In this document: in pieces, positions 39,401 through 47,672 of the stretch
Layout: the number at the start of each line of letters is the position of its first letter
Numbering within the stretch: the stretch's first letter is position 1
DNA from: Candidatus Latescibacterota bacterium
Lineage (GTDB): Bacteria; Latescibacterota; UBA2968; UBA8231
Assembly (NCBI GenBank): GCA_965204725.1
Contig: OZ242005.1
Location: forward strand, 3,456,001 to 3,520,000
Direction: 5' to 3'
Length of the DNA: 64,000 bases
Made by a program: the position numbers and the translations under genes
The notes under the pieces: model-generated
The model's input: the letters and a program-made list of their open reading frames with translations, nothing else
What the model was told of the DNA's origin: nothing
The model's database searches: none

Positions 39401-39582
39401 GGCCCTTCCACAATCCACACGCCGCCCCCACATCCTCCCCGCAACAAGTACACGCCAGCGTCGGCTTCGGCCTCTTGGTGTACTTCCTGCTGCCGATGAA
39501 CTTTGAATTCGCCAGACAGATGGACATGCAGGGCAACTTCTCGGACTTCAAGTTCCACTTCAGCTTTGGACGGAGCTTTTGA
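36433..39582 (+). CDS. Omp85/BamA-family protein with N-terminal zincin-like domain and PD40 beta-propeller
   Basis: FGKNKVRY, HELTH...WLMEGMAEY, repeated W(S/A)PDG, LRGY loop, C-terminal FSFGRSF. Confidence 0.85.
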   Translation: MQAITTFRLLACAALLAWGAADLGAQDILTSQLQQGFGKNKVRYRDFQWEILESEHIELHFESEFQNLAVRAIEYLEEGYDHISQILHHELSHRPPVVIYQSHYQFQQTNIFPDFLPPGVAGFAEPLRFRMVVPFAGDLDEFRNVLVHELTHIFQYDIVHKGPIRRITSPIVQPPTWLMEGMAEYTTPGRNTIDEMVLRDAVLTDGLIPLETMNQAWGQGNVFLAYKQSHSLMEYIAQQYGPEKISRILRLWDSQHDTDKLMDRLIGMDLKTLDERWSAQMRKTYWPLLQTRDYTSEFAEKIGDDEDTHSFSSACWSLSGDMLAVHSSDGIEQHIDIIRLRDASLVERVTGSMRAANYDHLSIGSGTVAWAPDGQTIAFVAKEGPRDRIMLWDLYDKKLVQTLTLPDMDLVESLAWAPDSRQLAFIGTGQGQSDLYLIDVQTSERRQLTGTPEREDYPNWSPDGQRIAFSTKYRNQFDIKIYDLTEDAAHTAVSSPTDDLWPQWLPEGNKLLFVSTRDKINDLFVYHLDEGREFRLTRSLSGIMNPALSPDGRQIVFNTYFKGRSHLYRMAMPEWPEVKRKDALLLARVAEAEVEPPAAEPPTPEPPPTPTRPVVQGDAALSDQGGIPGLGQVAALKDRALSDDAVLLAGASGPLPPAESPAPQAAVPLDADGELELRRRRYTPKLEFDGISLQMGYFDGFLSSIAQLGMSDLLGNHSLVVATDYVAAQDISNDFNFAASYKYYGKRPTYRASIFNWNQYFINERNFIVQGRPPTRGISRLQQRGALANASYPLDLYRRLDLSYTYVGEQREQVSPFYEADSTSVTSTHLFKTAYVHDSITYGLLGATAGKRYFLSVGRTLDLGSATRSFSHLELDYRHYVRLGRWSVLGLRAYGVGSLGRNALQYNLGGPIWYLPFYTGFNLNTGPLRGYPFSAFAGSRVLLTNVELRVPFVRGILFGWPGTFLIPAVDGSLFMDMGMVWDQDDEIDLWPFHNPHAAPTSSPQQVHASVGFGLLVYFLLPMNFEFARQMDMQGNFSDFKFHFSFGRSF

Positions 39583-40262
39583 TCCGCGTCGCCATCCTCG
39601 CACTGCTCATTGCGGGCTGCGGCGGTCGCAGTGCCTTCACCCGCGTCGAATTTCGCGCCCCAGCGCAACCCGACCCGGTTTTGCGCCCCTTCCTCTCAGA
39701 CGTTGATCACATCGGCGTCGTTTGCGCGACCAACATCGAACCTTTCCGGGAGCTGGACATCGAAAAGGTCATGGCGCGGCTGTCCAACGCCGTGGCCCGC
39801 AGTCTCAGCCACATGCCCAAGACCGAAGTGATGAACCAAGACGAAATCACCTACAAAATTAAGGGCGTCCGCCTCGACTCAACGAGCGTCCATCAAGACT
39901 CAATACGGGCCGTTATTAGGGAGGAGCTCGAGCTCGACGCCTTGGTCTTTGTCGAGCTGAGGCACTTACAAGCGCGGATGATGCCCATGTCGCCCACGCC
40001 TTACGGCATGTCGCCCAACCCCGGCATCGACCTGACGGTCGATCTCAAGGTCAGCCTGATCAACTTCAACACCAACCAAGTCTGGCAGCAGGGGGGCACG
40101 CAGCGCAATTACCAGCCGGTGCAACTCCAGCTCTTCGGTGGCAACAAACAAGGCGAGCGCCAACTGCTCATGGCCCTGTCTCGCCCCCTCCAACGCTTCC
40201 TCTTCCGCATCGCCCCACCACCCAAGCCGCAAGCCCGCCACTTCGATCTAAGCGGCGACTAG
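39579..40262 (+). CDS. lipoprotein, unknown function
   Basis: IAGC lipobox; TTGA overlap with the Omp85 stop. Confidence 0.7.
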   Translation: MIRVAILALLIAGCGGRSAFTRVEFRAPAQPDPVLRPFLSDVDHIGVVCATNIEPFRELDIEKVMARLSNAVARSLSHMPKTEVMNQDEITYKIKGVRLDSTSVHQDSIRAVIREELELDALVFVELRHLQARMMPMSPTPYGMSPNPGIDLTVDLKVSLINFNTNQVWQQGGTQRNYQPVQLQLFGGNKQGERQLLMALSRPLQRFLFRIAPPPKPQARHFDLSGD

Positions 40263-40263
40263 A

Positions 40264-40306
40264 CACAAAAAAGCGGCGGCCCCCGAAAGGACCTCCGCTT
40301 TTTGTG
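40264..40306. terminator. bidirectional terminator
   Basis: CACAAAAAAGCGG...CCGCTTTTTGTG between convergent genes. Confidence 0.8.
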
Positions 40307-40321
40307 CCTATCGAATAAAGA

Positions 40322-41020
40322 CTAGCGCCGTCGCTTCTTGGGCTTGGCTGATTTCTTTGTCGCGGACGATTTGGAGGCTGGGGCCGACGGCGCAGAGGAC
40401 GCCTTCGGAGCCGATCTTTGCGTCGTACTCGTAGAGGATGTCGCCCGCGGCGTCGGCGTCGGCGCGTTGCGCACCCGCGGCTCTACCCGCCGCTGCCACA
40501 CGGACTCTTCGCGGCGCTGTACTTTGGCTGCGGCTGCGGGATCGACAATCGTCGGCGTCGCATTGCGCCGGCTCGCCGCACGCAAATCGTCGAGCGCGCG
40601 CGTGTTGATTAGTTCGTAACCGGGCGGCACGTAGTAACCGCCCCCACTCCGATAGTACGGATCGTAGCCATAACTATAGGGGCCATAACCGCCGTAGTAG
40701 TAGGGGTCGTAGCCGCCGTAGTAGTAGGGATTGTAGCGAGAAGCGGGATAGTAATAACCGCCGCCACCATAACCGCCATAGCTGCCGTAGCCGCCGTAGC
40801 CGCCGCGCACACCCGGATAGCGGTAGAGATCGTCCATGTAGTCGCGGTCGTCGAACTGGCCAATCGTGGGGGCCTCAGCATCGCGGCTCTTGGCGCGGTC
40901 CAGCTCCTCGTCGTGCAGGCTGGCCGCCTCGTAAGGGCTGTTGAGCACGGTGTAGCAGCCGCTGGCCATCAGCGCAATGAGCGGCAGGGCCGAGCACAAA
41001 ATCAAAGCCTTCGTTTTCAT
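40322..41020 (-). CDS. Gly/Tyr-rich low-complexity lipoprotein
   Basis: ASGC lipobox, YGGY/YDPYY repeats, Ser/Lys/Arg tail; GGAGG RBS. Confidence 0.8.
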   Translation of the reverse strand: MKTKALILCSALPLIALMASGCYTVLNSPYEAASLHDEELDRAKSRDAEAPTIGQFDDRDYMDDLYRYPGVRGGYGGYGSYGGYGGGGYYYPASRYNPYYYGGYDPYYYGGYGPYSYGYDPYYRSGGGYYVPPGYELINTRALDDLRAASRRNATPTIVDPAAAAKVQRREESVWQRRVEPRVRNAPTPTPRATSSTSTTQRSAPKASSAPSAPASKSSATKKSAKPKKRRR

Positions 41021-41098
41021 GTTACCTCCTTGAGGAGCGCGTTGAACTCATCTTTCGGTTTGAATATACACAAACCAGTAATTGGAGCAAAAGGAATC

Positions 41099-42448
41099 CT
41101 AAAAGTTGTAGCCCACGCCGACGACGAGGCGATTGATCGCGTAGTCCTCAGTGAGGACGTTGCCGGAGTATTCTTCCACTTGCTTAAACGCGCCCCGCAC
41201 CCAAGCCAGATCGACTTGGACAGCTTCGTCGAGCAATATCCCGGCCCCGAGGGTGATAAAGCGCCGGTCCTTCTCAATGCGGATGGGCGGATCGTCGGTG
41301 CTGGGATCGCGCGGGCCGACAAAGGGAACCGGGTCCACGAAGTAGCCAGCCCGCAGATCGAGCGCGACGACCGGCACTTGGTACTCGACGCCTAAATGGT
41401 AGCGCAAGACGTCTCGGTACTGGGTCTCAAACGAGGTATCAGCGCGCAAGTCATGGTCATCGTCCCCCTTGTACTCGCTCTGCGACCACTCGGCCAAATG
41501 CAGGCTACCGGCCAGCGTCAGGCCCGGCAGGGCCGCAGCCGAAACGCCCACGCCGAACTCAAAAGGCAGCGCGAGTTGGTACGTGTTGCTGACCTCTTGG
41601 TCCGAGAATTGTCCTACGGTCCCATCGTCGCACTCAATGGAGTCATAGTCCTCTTCGAGTACGGCGTCTAGGTTACAAGGATTTTTTTCATTGTATGATG
41701 CAGGGCCCTTAAACTTGTAGCGAATTTTGTGCGCCCTCCCAGCGGCAAACGTCGCGCCCAACCTGTAGCGGGGGTCGTCCCGAGGGGTGCGCAGCATCGC
41801 GCCCAAGACAGTATATGGAGTCCACTGGTATTCGTCCGTAAAAGTATCGCGGGCGAGAAAGCGCGTCTCGAGGAATTCGTCTGGCGAATCGTCGGCCCAG
41901 TCGTATCCATTGACCGCCTCGTCTTCGCCGCTGACCAAACCCAAGGTCACTCCCAGCGAAACAGCCGGCGACACGTCGAGGGCGGCGGACACCCCGGCCA
42001 AAGCCAACTCGCCCTCGTGTTGGAAGGCGTGGTCCGCAGTAAGCCCGTTGTCATTGCCTTTTTGATTGAGACTCCAGTCAAAGTCCTTGATGCGAGTCAG
42101 GCCAGCCGCCAAGACCAAACTGCCGCGATAGACCGGATAGGGATAGACAAAACCCAGCGAGCCAAAGCGCGTATTGGTCAGCTCGCTCCTCCCCGCAGTG
42201 CCGTTAAAAACCGAGTCGTTGGCGCGGCTATTGCGCAGAAAAGACACCTGCACCTCGCACCGCTGCATCTGGGCCAAGCCCGCCGGGTTCCAGTACATAG
42301 CCGTGAAATCGTCGGCCACCCCAACAAAAGCACCGCCCATGCCCATGGCTCGCACCCCGACCCCGGCGAAATTGTCAATGGCCCGCTCCTCTTGGGCCAC
42401 CGCGCCGCCGCCCCAAACGCACAGCAAAGCAACAGCCAGTATCTTCAT
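41099..42448 (-). CDS. FadL/PorV-like outer-membrane beta-barrel
   Basis: G.RAMGMGGAFVGVADDFTAMYWNPAGL; ends VGYNF; ATG at 42448. Confidence 0.85.
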   Translation of the reverse strand: MKILAVALLCVWGGGAVAQEERAIDNFAGVGVRAMGMGGAFVGVADDFTAMYWNPAGLAQMQRCEVQVSFLRNSRANDSVFNGTAGRSELTNTRFGSLGFVYPYPVYRGSLVLAAGLTRIKDFDWSLNQKGNDNGLTADHAFQHEGELALAGVSAALDVSPAVSLGVTLGLVSGEDEAVNGYDWADDSPDEFLETRFLARDTFTDEYQWTPYTVLGAMLRTPRDDPRYRLGATFAAGRAHKIRYKFKGPASYNEKNPCNLDAVLEEDYDSIECDDGTVGQFSDQEVSNTYQLALPFEFGVGVSAAALPGLTLAGSLHLAEWSQSEYKGDDDHDLRADTSFETQYRDVLRYHLGVEYQVPVVALDLRAGYFVDPVPFVGPRDPSTDDPPIRIEKDRRFITLGAGILLDEAVQVDLAWVRGAFKQVEEYSGNVLTEDYAINRLVVGVGYNF

Positions 42449-43173
42449 CGAAATTTCCCCCTGTACGTGACCGACAACTCCCGGATGGATTGGGCGTCGA
42501 AGTGGTCGCTTTCCAGCGCATTTTTGAAATAGTACGCGACTCTGAACTGCGGCGTTACGGTCCAAGCCCCCCCGACGTTCAAATAGCCGTCTTCCACGCC
42601 CTGATTCGGTAAGCCGTTGTTGCGGCCCAAGTCGTACTCGGCGAACAGAGCCATAAACCTCAAGCTCTTGTCGATACCCAACCACGCCGACCAGTCGCCA
42701 TCGTCGGTATCTTCACGCGACCAATTGAAGCCCGCGTGGACGCCGAGTTCTCCTAGCATTGAGGTGTAATTCTTGCTCAGTACCAAGTAGATTCCCTTGG
42801 ATTTGACTTGATAGCGCGCGCCTCGATACGGCCCGATGCCTTGGGTATTGAGGCCCAAGACCAGCGCGGGCCACGTGTAGCCCTCTTCGAGGAGCCGACA
42901 GCGGGCAGCCAATCCCACGCGCGGGTACCAATCGACCGAACTCGCGCCAATAAGCCGCTCGCCGCCAAAAGACACGCCCGCGCTCAGGCGCTTGAGCACC
43001 CCGACCTGCAAGCGCCCGACAGCCCCGCCGTTGGCAAATAGGCGAGCATCCATCGCATAATGCCCCTTGGCAACCAACCCAGCCGTTGGGCTATCGATCA
43101 AGCTCGTCAACTCAACCCCGGCGGCCGCGGCCGGACCCGCGACCATGCAAAGGCTGACTATTAGCCGCTGCAA
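42445..43173 (-). CDS. YjbH-like outer-membrane protein
   Basis: LIDSPTAG, PALVLG...QG, Y.VLSK, GIDK, AEYD, GYLN.G; TTG start with GGAG RBS. Confidence 0.7.
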   Translation of the reverse strand: MQRLIVSLCMVAGPAAAAGVELTSLIDSPTAGLVAKGHYAMDARLFANGGAVGRLQVGVLKRLSAGVSFGGERLIGASSVDWYPRVGLAARCRLLEEGYTWPALVLGLNTQGIGPYRGARYQVKSKGIYLVLSKNYTSMLGELGVHAGFNWSREDTDDGDWSAWLGIDKSLRFMALFAEYDLGRNNGLPNQGVEDGYLNVGGAWTVTPQFRVAYYFKNALESDHFDAQSIRELSVTYRGKFR

Positions 43174-43196
43174 ACTCCCCTCCCTTTGGCCAATTC

Positions 43197-43655
43197 TCAG
43201 AACGCTATCTCGCCCACCCCGTCCCCTTGCAAGGTAATCCGCCGCTCGCAAGCCTCCCCGCCGTACGCTAGCCATACATGGCAGCACCTATCGGGCAACG
43301 AGCCATGGGCGCGCTCGGCCCACTCAACCAGACAGACGCCACGGCCGTAAAAATACTCTTCGGCACCCAATTCCTCAAGCTGGTCAACGCCCCCCAGCCG
43401 ATAGAGATCAAAGTGATAGACGGGCAGGTCGCGCCCCCGGCATTGGCCGACGTATTCGTTGATCAGGATAAAGGTTGGACTCGTGACGTAATCGGCCACG
43501 TGCAGGGCCTCGCACACGCCTTGGATCATGCAGGTCTTACCGCTGCCCAAGTCGCCGCGCCAGGCGACCACATCGCCCGGGACCAAGTGTCGACCCAACG
43601 CAACACCTAGCGCGTGGGTCTGCGCCGCCGAATGCGTGGTGAAAACCTTTTTCAC
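43197..43655 (-). CDS. tsaE: tRNA t6A biosynthesis ATPase TsaE
   Basis: GDLGSGKT, VTSPTF, HFDLYRL, VEWAE; GTGA overlap with the upstream gene. Confidence 0.93.
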   Translation of the reverse strand: MKKVFTTHSAAQTHALGVALGRHLVPGDVVAWRGDLGSGKTCMIQGVCEALHVADYVTSPTFILINEYVGQCRGRDLPVYHFDLYRLGGVDQLEELGAEEYFYGRGVCLVEWAERAHGSLPDRCCHVWLAYGGEACERRITLQGDGVGEIAF

Positions 43656-45220
43656 TTTCCCCACTTGGGTTCCATAATCGCCACGGGCAAAATCATTTCC
43701 TCCAGCGATAGGCCGCCGTGCTGGAAGCTGCCTTTGTAACGGCGTTGGTACTTGTTGAACTGGGTCGGATAGACAAAGTAGAAGTCCTCGCGGGCAATGA
43801 CGAAGCTATGACCGAGGCCGGTCGAAGGCAGCCCGTAGGCCTCTGGGTCGGCGATCAGCAGCGCGTCCTTTTCCTCGCAGCGGAGATTCTGGCCGTACTT
43901 GTAGCGCAGGCTCGAAGACGTGCTGCGGTCTCCATGGACCACAGAAGCGCGCATCCCGCGCATTGAGCCGTGGTCGGTCGTCAGCACCACCACCGCGTCG
44001 GTGCGGGCAATGCCCTTGAGGGTCTCAAAAAGCGACGCATTGCCAAACCACGTCTGCACCAATGCGCGAAAGGCCGCCTCGTTAGGGGCCATTTCCCTGA
44101 GTAGGTCGGACTGCGCCTGACTGTGAACCAGCATGTCGAGAAAATTGTACACCACCGACACGAGCGGCCACTTGCCCAGCGCTGGTACTTTGCGGGTCAA
44201 TTTCCGAGCTTCGCTGGTGTCGAGCACCTTGACGTAGTGCGAACCCGGTTTGAGCGCGACGCCCATGTCGCCGATCAAGTCGTCAATGAATTGGTGCTCG
44301 TGCCGGTTGAGGCTGTATTCGTTGTCTTGGGCCTCGTGCCACCTAGTGCGGTATTTGTCGGCGATCTCTTTGGGGAAAAGCCCGCTGAAAATTGCGTTAC
44401 GAGCAAAGGGCGTGGCCGTAGGCAAAATCGAGTAGTGATAGGAGCGCTTGATGTTGAAGTACTCGGCCAGTTGCGGCTCCATGACCATCCAGTGATCTAG
44501 GCGCAGGCAATCAACCACGATAAAGAACACCTGCCGGCCCTGTTCGAGATAGGGCACCACAAACTCGGGCACCACATCCACCGACAGCGGCGGCGAATCC
44601 CCCTCGTCCGCTATCCAGCGGGCGTAATGCTGCTCGACAAAGCGGCCGAACTCGCGGTTGCATTCGCGCCGCTGATCCCCAATCATCTGGCCGAGACCCG
44701 CATCGCCCAAGCGCGCCACTTCAATGTCCCACTCGCAGAGCTGCCGGTATATGTCAACCCAAGTCTGCCAAGTCGCACCCGCAATCTGGTCGCGGATCTG
44801 GCCGGCCCGAAAGACGTAGTGCTGCCCGGCTTGGCTCTGGCGAATCTGCCGCACGTCGAGGAGCTGTTTACACGCCATGAAGATCTGGCTGGGGTTGACC
44901 GGCTTCGTCAGGTAGTCGTCGATGCGGCGGCCAATGGCCTCGTCCATCAGGTGCTCTTCTTCGTTCTTAGTAATCATAATCACCGGCACGTTGGGATCGG
45001 CCATCTTGATCTGCTCCAAGGTCGAAAGGCCGTCCAGCCCCGGCATCATCTCGTCGAGCAGCACGATGTCAAAGGGTGCTTGGGCAATCAGGGCGATGGC
45101 GTCCTTGCCGTTGCTCACCGGCGTCACCGCGTACCCCCTCTCATCGAGAAAGCGTCGGTGCGCACGCAATAGGTCAATCTCGTCGTCGGCCCAAAGTATC
45201 TTTCGCTTGTCGCCTTCCAT
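43652..45220 (-). CDS. porX: PorX-like response regulator (REC plus PglZ/alkaline phosphatase domain)
   Basis: ILWADDEID, LLDEMMPG, YLTKP; DCLRLD.W, ILPTAT..ARNAIFSG, TTDHG, FQHGG.SLEEM. Confidence 0.85.
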   Translation of the reverse strand: MEGDKRKILWADDEIDLLRAHRRFLDERGYAVTPVSNGKDAIALIAQAPFDIVLLDEMMPGLDGLSTLEQIKMADPNVPVIMITKNEEEHLMDEAIGRRIDDYLTKPVNPSQIFMACKQLLDVRQIRQSQAGQHYVFRAGQIRDQIAGATWQTWVDIYRQLCEWDIEVARLGDAGLGQMIGDQRRECNREFGRFVEQHYARWIADEGDSPPLSVDVVPEFVVPYLEQGRQVFFIVVDCLRLDHWMVMEPQLAEYFNIKRSYHYSILPTATPFARNAIFSGLFPKEIADKYRTRWHEAQDNEYSLNRHEHQFIDDLIGDMGVALKPGSHYVKVLDTSEARKLTRKVPALGKWPLVSVVYNFLDMLVHSQAQSDLLREMAPNEAAFRALVQTWFGNASLFETLKGIARTDAVVVLTTDHGSMRGMRASVVHGDRSTSSSLRYKYGQNLRCEEKDALLIADPEAYGLPSTGLGHSFVIAREDFYFVYPTQFNKYQRRYKGSFQHGGLSLEEMILPVAIMEPKWGK

Positions 45221-45271
45221 ACGCCCCCTTTGTCTATCTATAGACGATATAAACGCGCACCCGTTCCACTT

Positions 45272-47080
45272 CTAAGCACCCTTCTCACCCAAGGGCAAAA
45301 CCACCTCAAACCTCGTCCCCTTGCCCGGTGCGCTCTGCACCAAGCTGATCTTGCCCTTGTGGTATTCCTCGACGATGCGCTTGACAAACACCAACCCCAG
45401 CCCCCAACCGCGCTTCTTGGTGCTGAAGCCCGGCTCAAAGACGCGCTCGATGTGCTCCGGCTCAATGCCGCGCCCGTCGTCCTGAAACGCGACCTGCACG
45501 GCGCGGCCTTCGGGCAAAAGCTCTAGGTGGATGCGCAAGCGGCCCGTCTGGCCATCCATGGCGTCAATGGCGTTTTTGCACAGATTCTCAAACGCCCAGC
45601 TCATCAATTCGGCGTTGATCGGCACCAGCGGCAGGTCGCTTGGGCATTCCAGTTCGATTTCCTGCCGCCCGAACTGGGGGACGCGCCGCCGGAAGTACTC
45701 AATCGTCTCCTCCAGCACGGCTGCTACGTCCTTTTTCGCTAGTTCGGGCACCGAGCCAATCTGGCTGAAGCGCGAGGCAATTTGGTCGAGGCGACGCATG
45801 TCCTGCTGAATCTCCCCGACCATCTGATCAACGCGCTCCCAACGCTCGTCGCGGTCCGGCCTCGGGACGGTAGCGACCTCGCCGCGCAGCAGTTCTAGCC
45901 ACCCGGACAGCGAGGAGAGCGGGGTCCCGAGCTGGTGGGCCGTCTCCTTGGCCATGCCCACCCAAAGCGAGCGCTGTTGGCTGCGCCTAATGTTGCGGTA
46001 GCCGATATAGCCGACGAGCAAAAAGAGCAACAACACGCCGGTCTGCACGAAAGGGGCCAGGGAAATGCGGCCGACTAAGCTCGTATCGCCGTAGTGGATA
46101 TAGTGCTCGGCCGGGATCCTGAACGCTAGCGGGGCGCGTTGGCTGGCCAAGCTATCGACAAAGGCCCGGAGCTGATTTTGGAATGCTTCGCTGGGGTCGT
46201 CGCTAGCCAGCGGCAGCCCAGCCCCGACCCAAGCCCTAAACTGGCCCTCGGCGTCTGTGATGACCGCGTTGGTCCCGTCCGAATGCAGGTAACTGAAGCT
46301 AGCGGCCGGTACGCTAAAGGCCAGCGCTGCCCCGGCCTCCATCGCCTGCAACGCTCGTTGCACCTCAACGCGGGCCGCGGCCGAAGTGTCGCTGCTCGCT
46401 GGCAGGCCCGTCCCCTGCCAAACCGCGATGGCCCCTTGCGTATCCGCGACGATAACGCGGCCTTCCTTGCGGTAGAGCCGCCCCAAGGTCTCCGGCGACC
46501 AATAAAAGGGAATGGGCGGATTCTGGACGTCCATTTCTTCGACCAGCTTGTGCAACTGAGCGGTTGAAGCGGCGTCCGCATCCGCCGCCTCGCTACGCCA
46601 AAACGCCCAGTCGTCCAAGAAACTCGACGTATCAATGCCCTCGGCCTGAATGATCTCGCCGCGGTGATTGGTGATGATGCGCGGGAAATTGACCTTGGTG
46701 ATCACCTCGGTGAAGAGGGTGGGAAGCTGGCCTTCCGATGCCTGAGGAGTGAACGAGATCAGGTGTGCATAGAGATCGACCCGGTTCTTTTCGTGTTCGC
46801 GCAATTCGGCGATGATCAATTCGTTGTAGAGTAGGAAGGCCAAAATCGCGGCAACGCTGCCGAGAAAGATGTACGCGCGGAAAACCGGCGACGCGCCCAA
46901 GCTGGCTAGGGCACCGCGCCGCCAGTGCCGCCAGCCACTTAGAGGCGACGCGCCTTTTGCCGCTCGGTGCCGAGTACTCGGCGGGACCGCGATCTCCTCT
47001 AGGGGAGCCGAGCGGCGGTGGCGGCGGCGCTTGGACGCAGGGTAGTCGCGTTGGCTCATGGACAATGAGAAAAAATCCAT
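45272..47080 (-). CDS. membrane sensor histidine kinase
   Basis: Two TM segments; WVGMAKETAHQLGTP H-box; ENLCKNAIDA, DDGRG, FEPGFSTK.RGWGLGL. Start uncertain (47080 or 47059). Confidence 0.9.
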   Translation of the reverse strand: MDFFSLSMSQRDYPASKRRRHRRSAPLEEIAVPPSTRHRAAKGASPLSGWRHWRRGALASLGASPVFRAYIFLGSVAAILAFLLYNELIIAELREHEKNRVDLYAHLISFTPQASEGQLPTLFTEVITKVNFPRIITNHRGEIIQAEGIDTSSFLDDWAFWRSEAADADAASTAQLHKLVEEMDVQNPPIPFYWSPETLGRLYRKEGRVIVADTQGAIAVWQGTGLPASSDTSAAARVEVQRALQAMEAGAALAFSVPAASFSYLHSDGTNAVITDAEGQFRAWVGAGLPLASDDPSEAFQNQLRAFVDSLASQRAPLAFRIPAEHYIHYGDTSLVGRISLAPFVQTGVLLLFLLVGYIGYRNIRRSQQRSLWVGMAKETAHQLGTPLSSLSGWLELLRGEVATVPRPDRDERWERVDQMVGEIQQDMRRLDQIASRFSQIGSVPELAKKDVAAVLEETIEYFRRRVPQFGRQEIELECPSDLPLVPINAELMSWAFENLCKNAIDAMDGQTGRLRIHLELLPEGRAVQVAFQDDGRGIEPEHIERVFEPGFSTKKRGWGLGLVFVKRIVEEYHKGKISLVQSAPGKGTRFEVVLPLGEKGA

Positions 47081-47130
47081 CGGCCATGCGCGGCGCCGAT
47101 GGATTTTCACGCAAACGAGGGGGGAAAACG

Positions 47131-47595
47131 CTATTTCTTTTGGACTTGGGGGCCAGATCGCGGCGGGTGGGGCTGGGGCTTGGCCGCTTCGCCCTCTTGG
47201 GCTCCGGGTGCCGGCACCTCGCTCTTCTTCCGCTTCTTGTTTTCCATCGAACAAGAGCCGTGGAAAATCGCGCCCTCGGAAATCGTGAACGAGTCGGTGA
47301 ACACCTCGCCGGTAAAGTGCGTCTGCGTATCCAACCGCACCTTAGCGGCCCGCACGGTACCATTCACGACGCCGTCGATGTACGCGTTTTTGCACTGTAA
47401 GGTGGCGTCGGCCTCGCCCGACTGGCTGACTGTCAGCTCGCCGGTGCAGATCAGTTCGCCCTTGAATACGCCGTCTATTCGGACGCTGTTTTCCACCGTC
47501 AGCTTGCCTTCAAAGCAGCTACCGCGGCCGATAATCGTATTGAGCGCTTGGCCGTTGCTGGCAGTGGAAGCACCCTTCTTTTTTTTGTTTAGCAT
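47131..47595 (-). CDS. bactofilin (polymer-forming cytoskeletal protein)
   Basis: TIIG.G..FEG.L......RIDG.FKG, I.EGA.F.G.C.M; ATG at 47595. Confidence 0.88.
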   Translation of the reverse strand: MLNKKKKGASTASNGQALNTIIGRGSCFEGKLTVENSVRIDGVFKGELICTGELTVSQSGEADATLQCKNAYIDGVVNGTVRAAKVRLDTQTHFTGEVFTDSFTISEGAIFHGSCSMENKKRKKSEVPAPGAQEGEAAKPQPHPPRSGPQVQKK

Positions 47596-47672
47596 TTCTA
47601 TCCTAACTTGGTTGCGCGTTTTCGCAGCTTGTGGAATATACAATACAACCGAGCATCGGGCGAACCACCGAG

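Noticed and set aside
43652-45220. BREX defence system (PglZ)
   Set aside because: The PglZ domain is fused to a receiver domain and linked to tsaE, as in PorX; no brxC, pglX or brxL is nearby.
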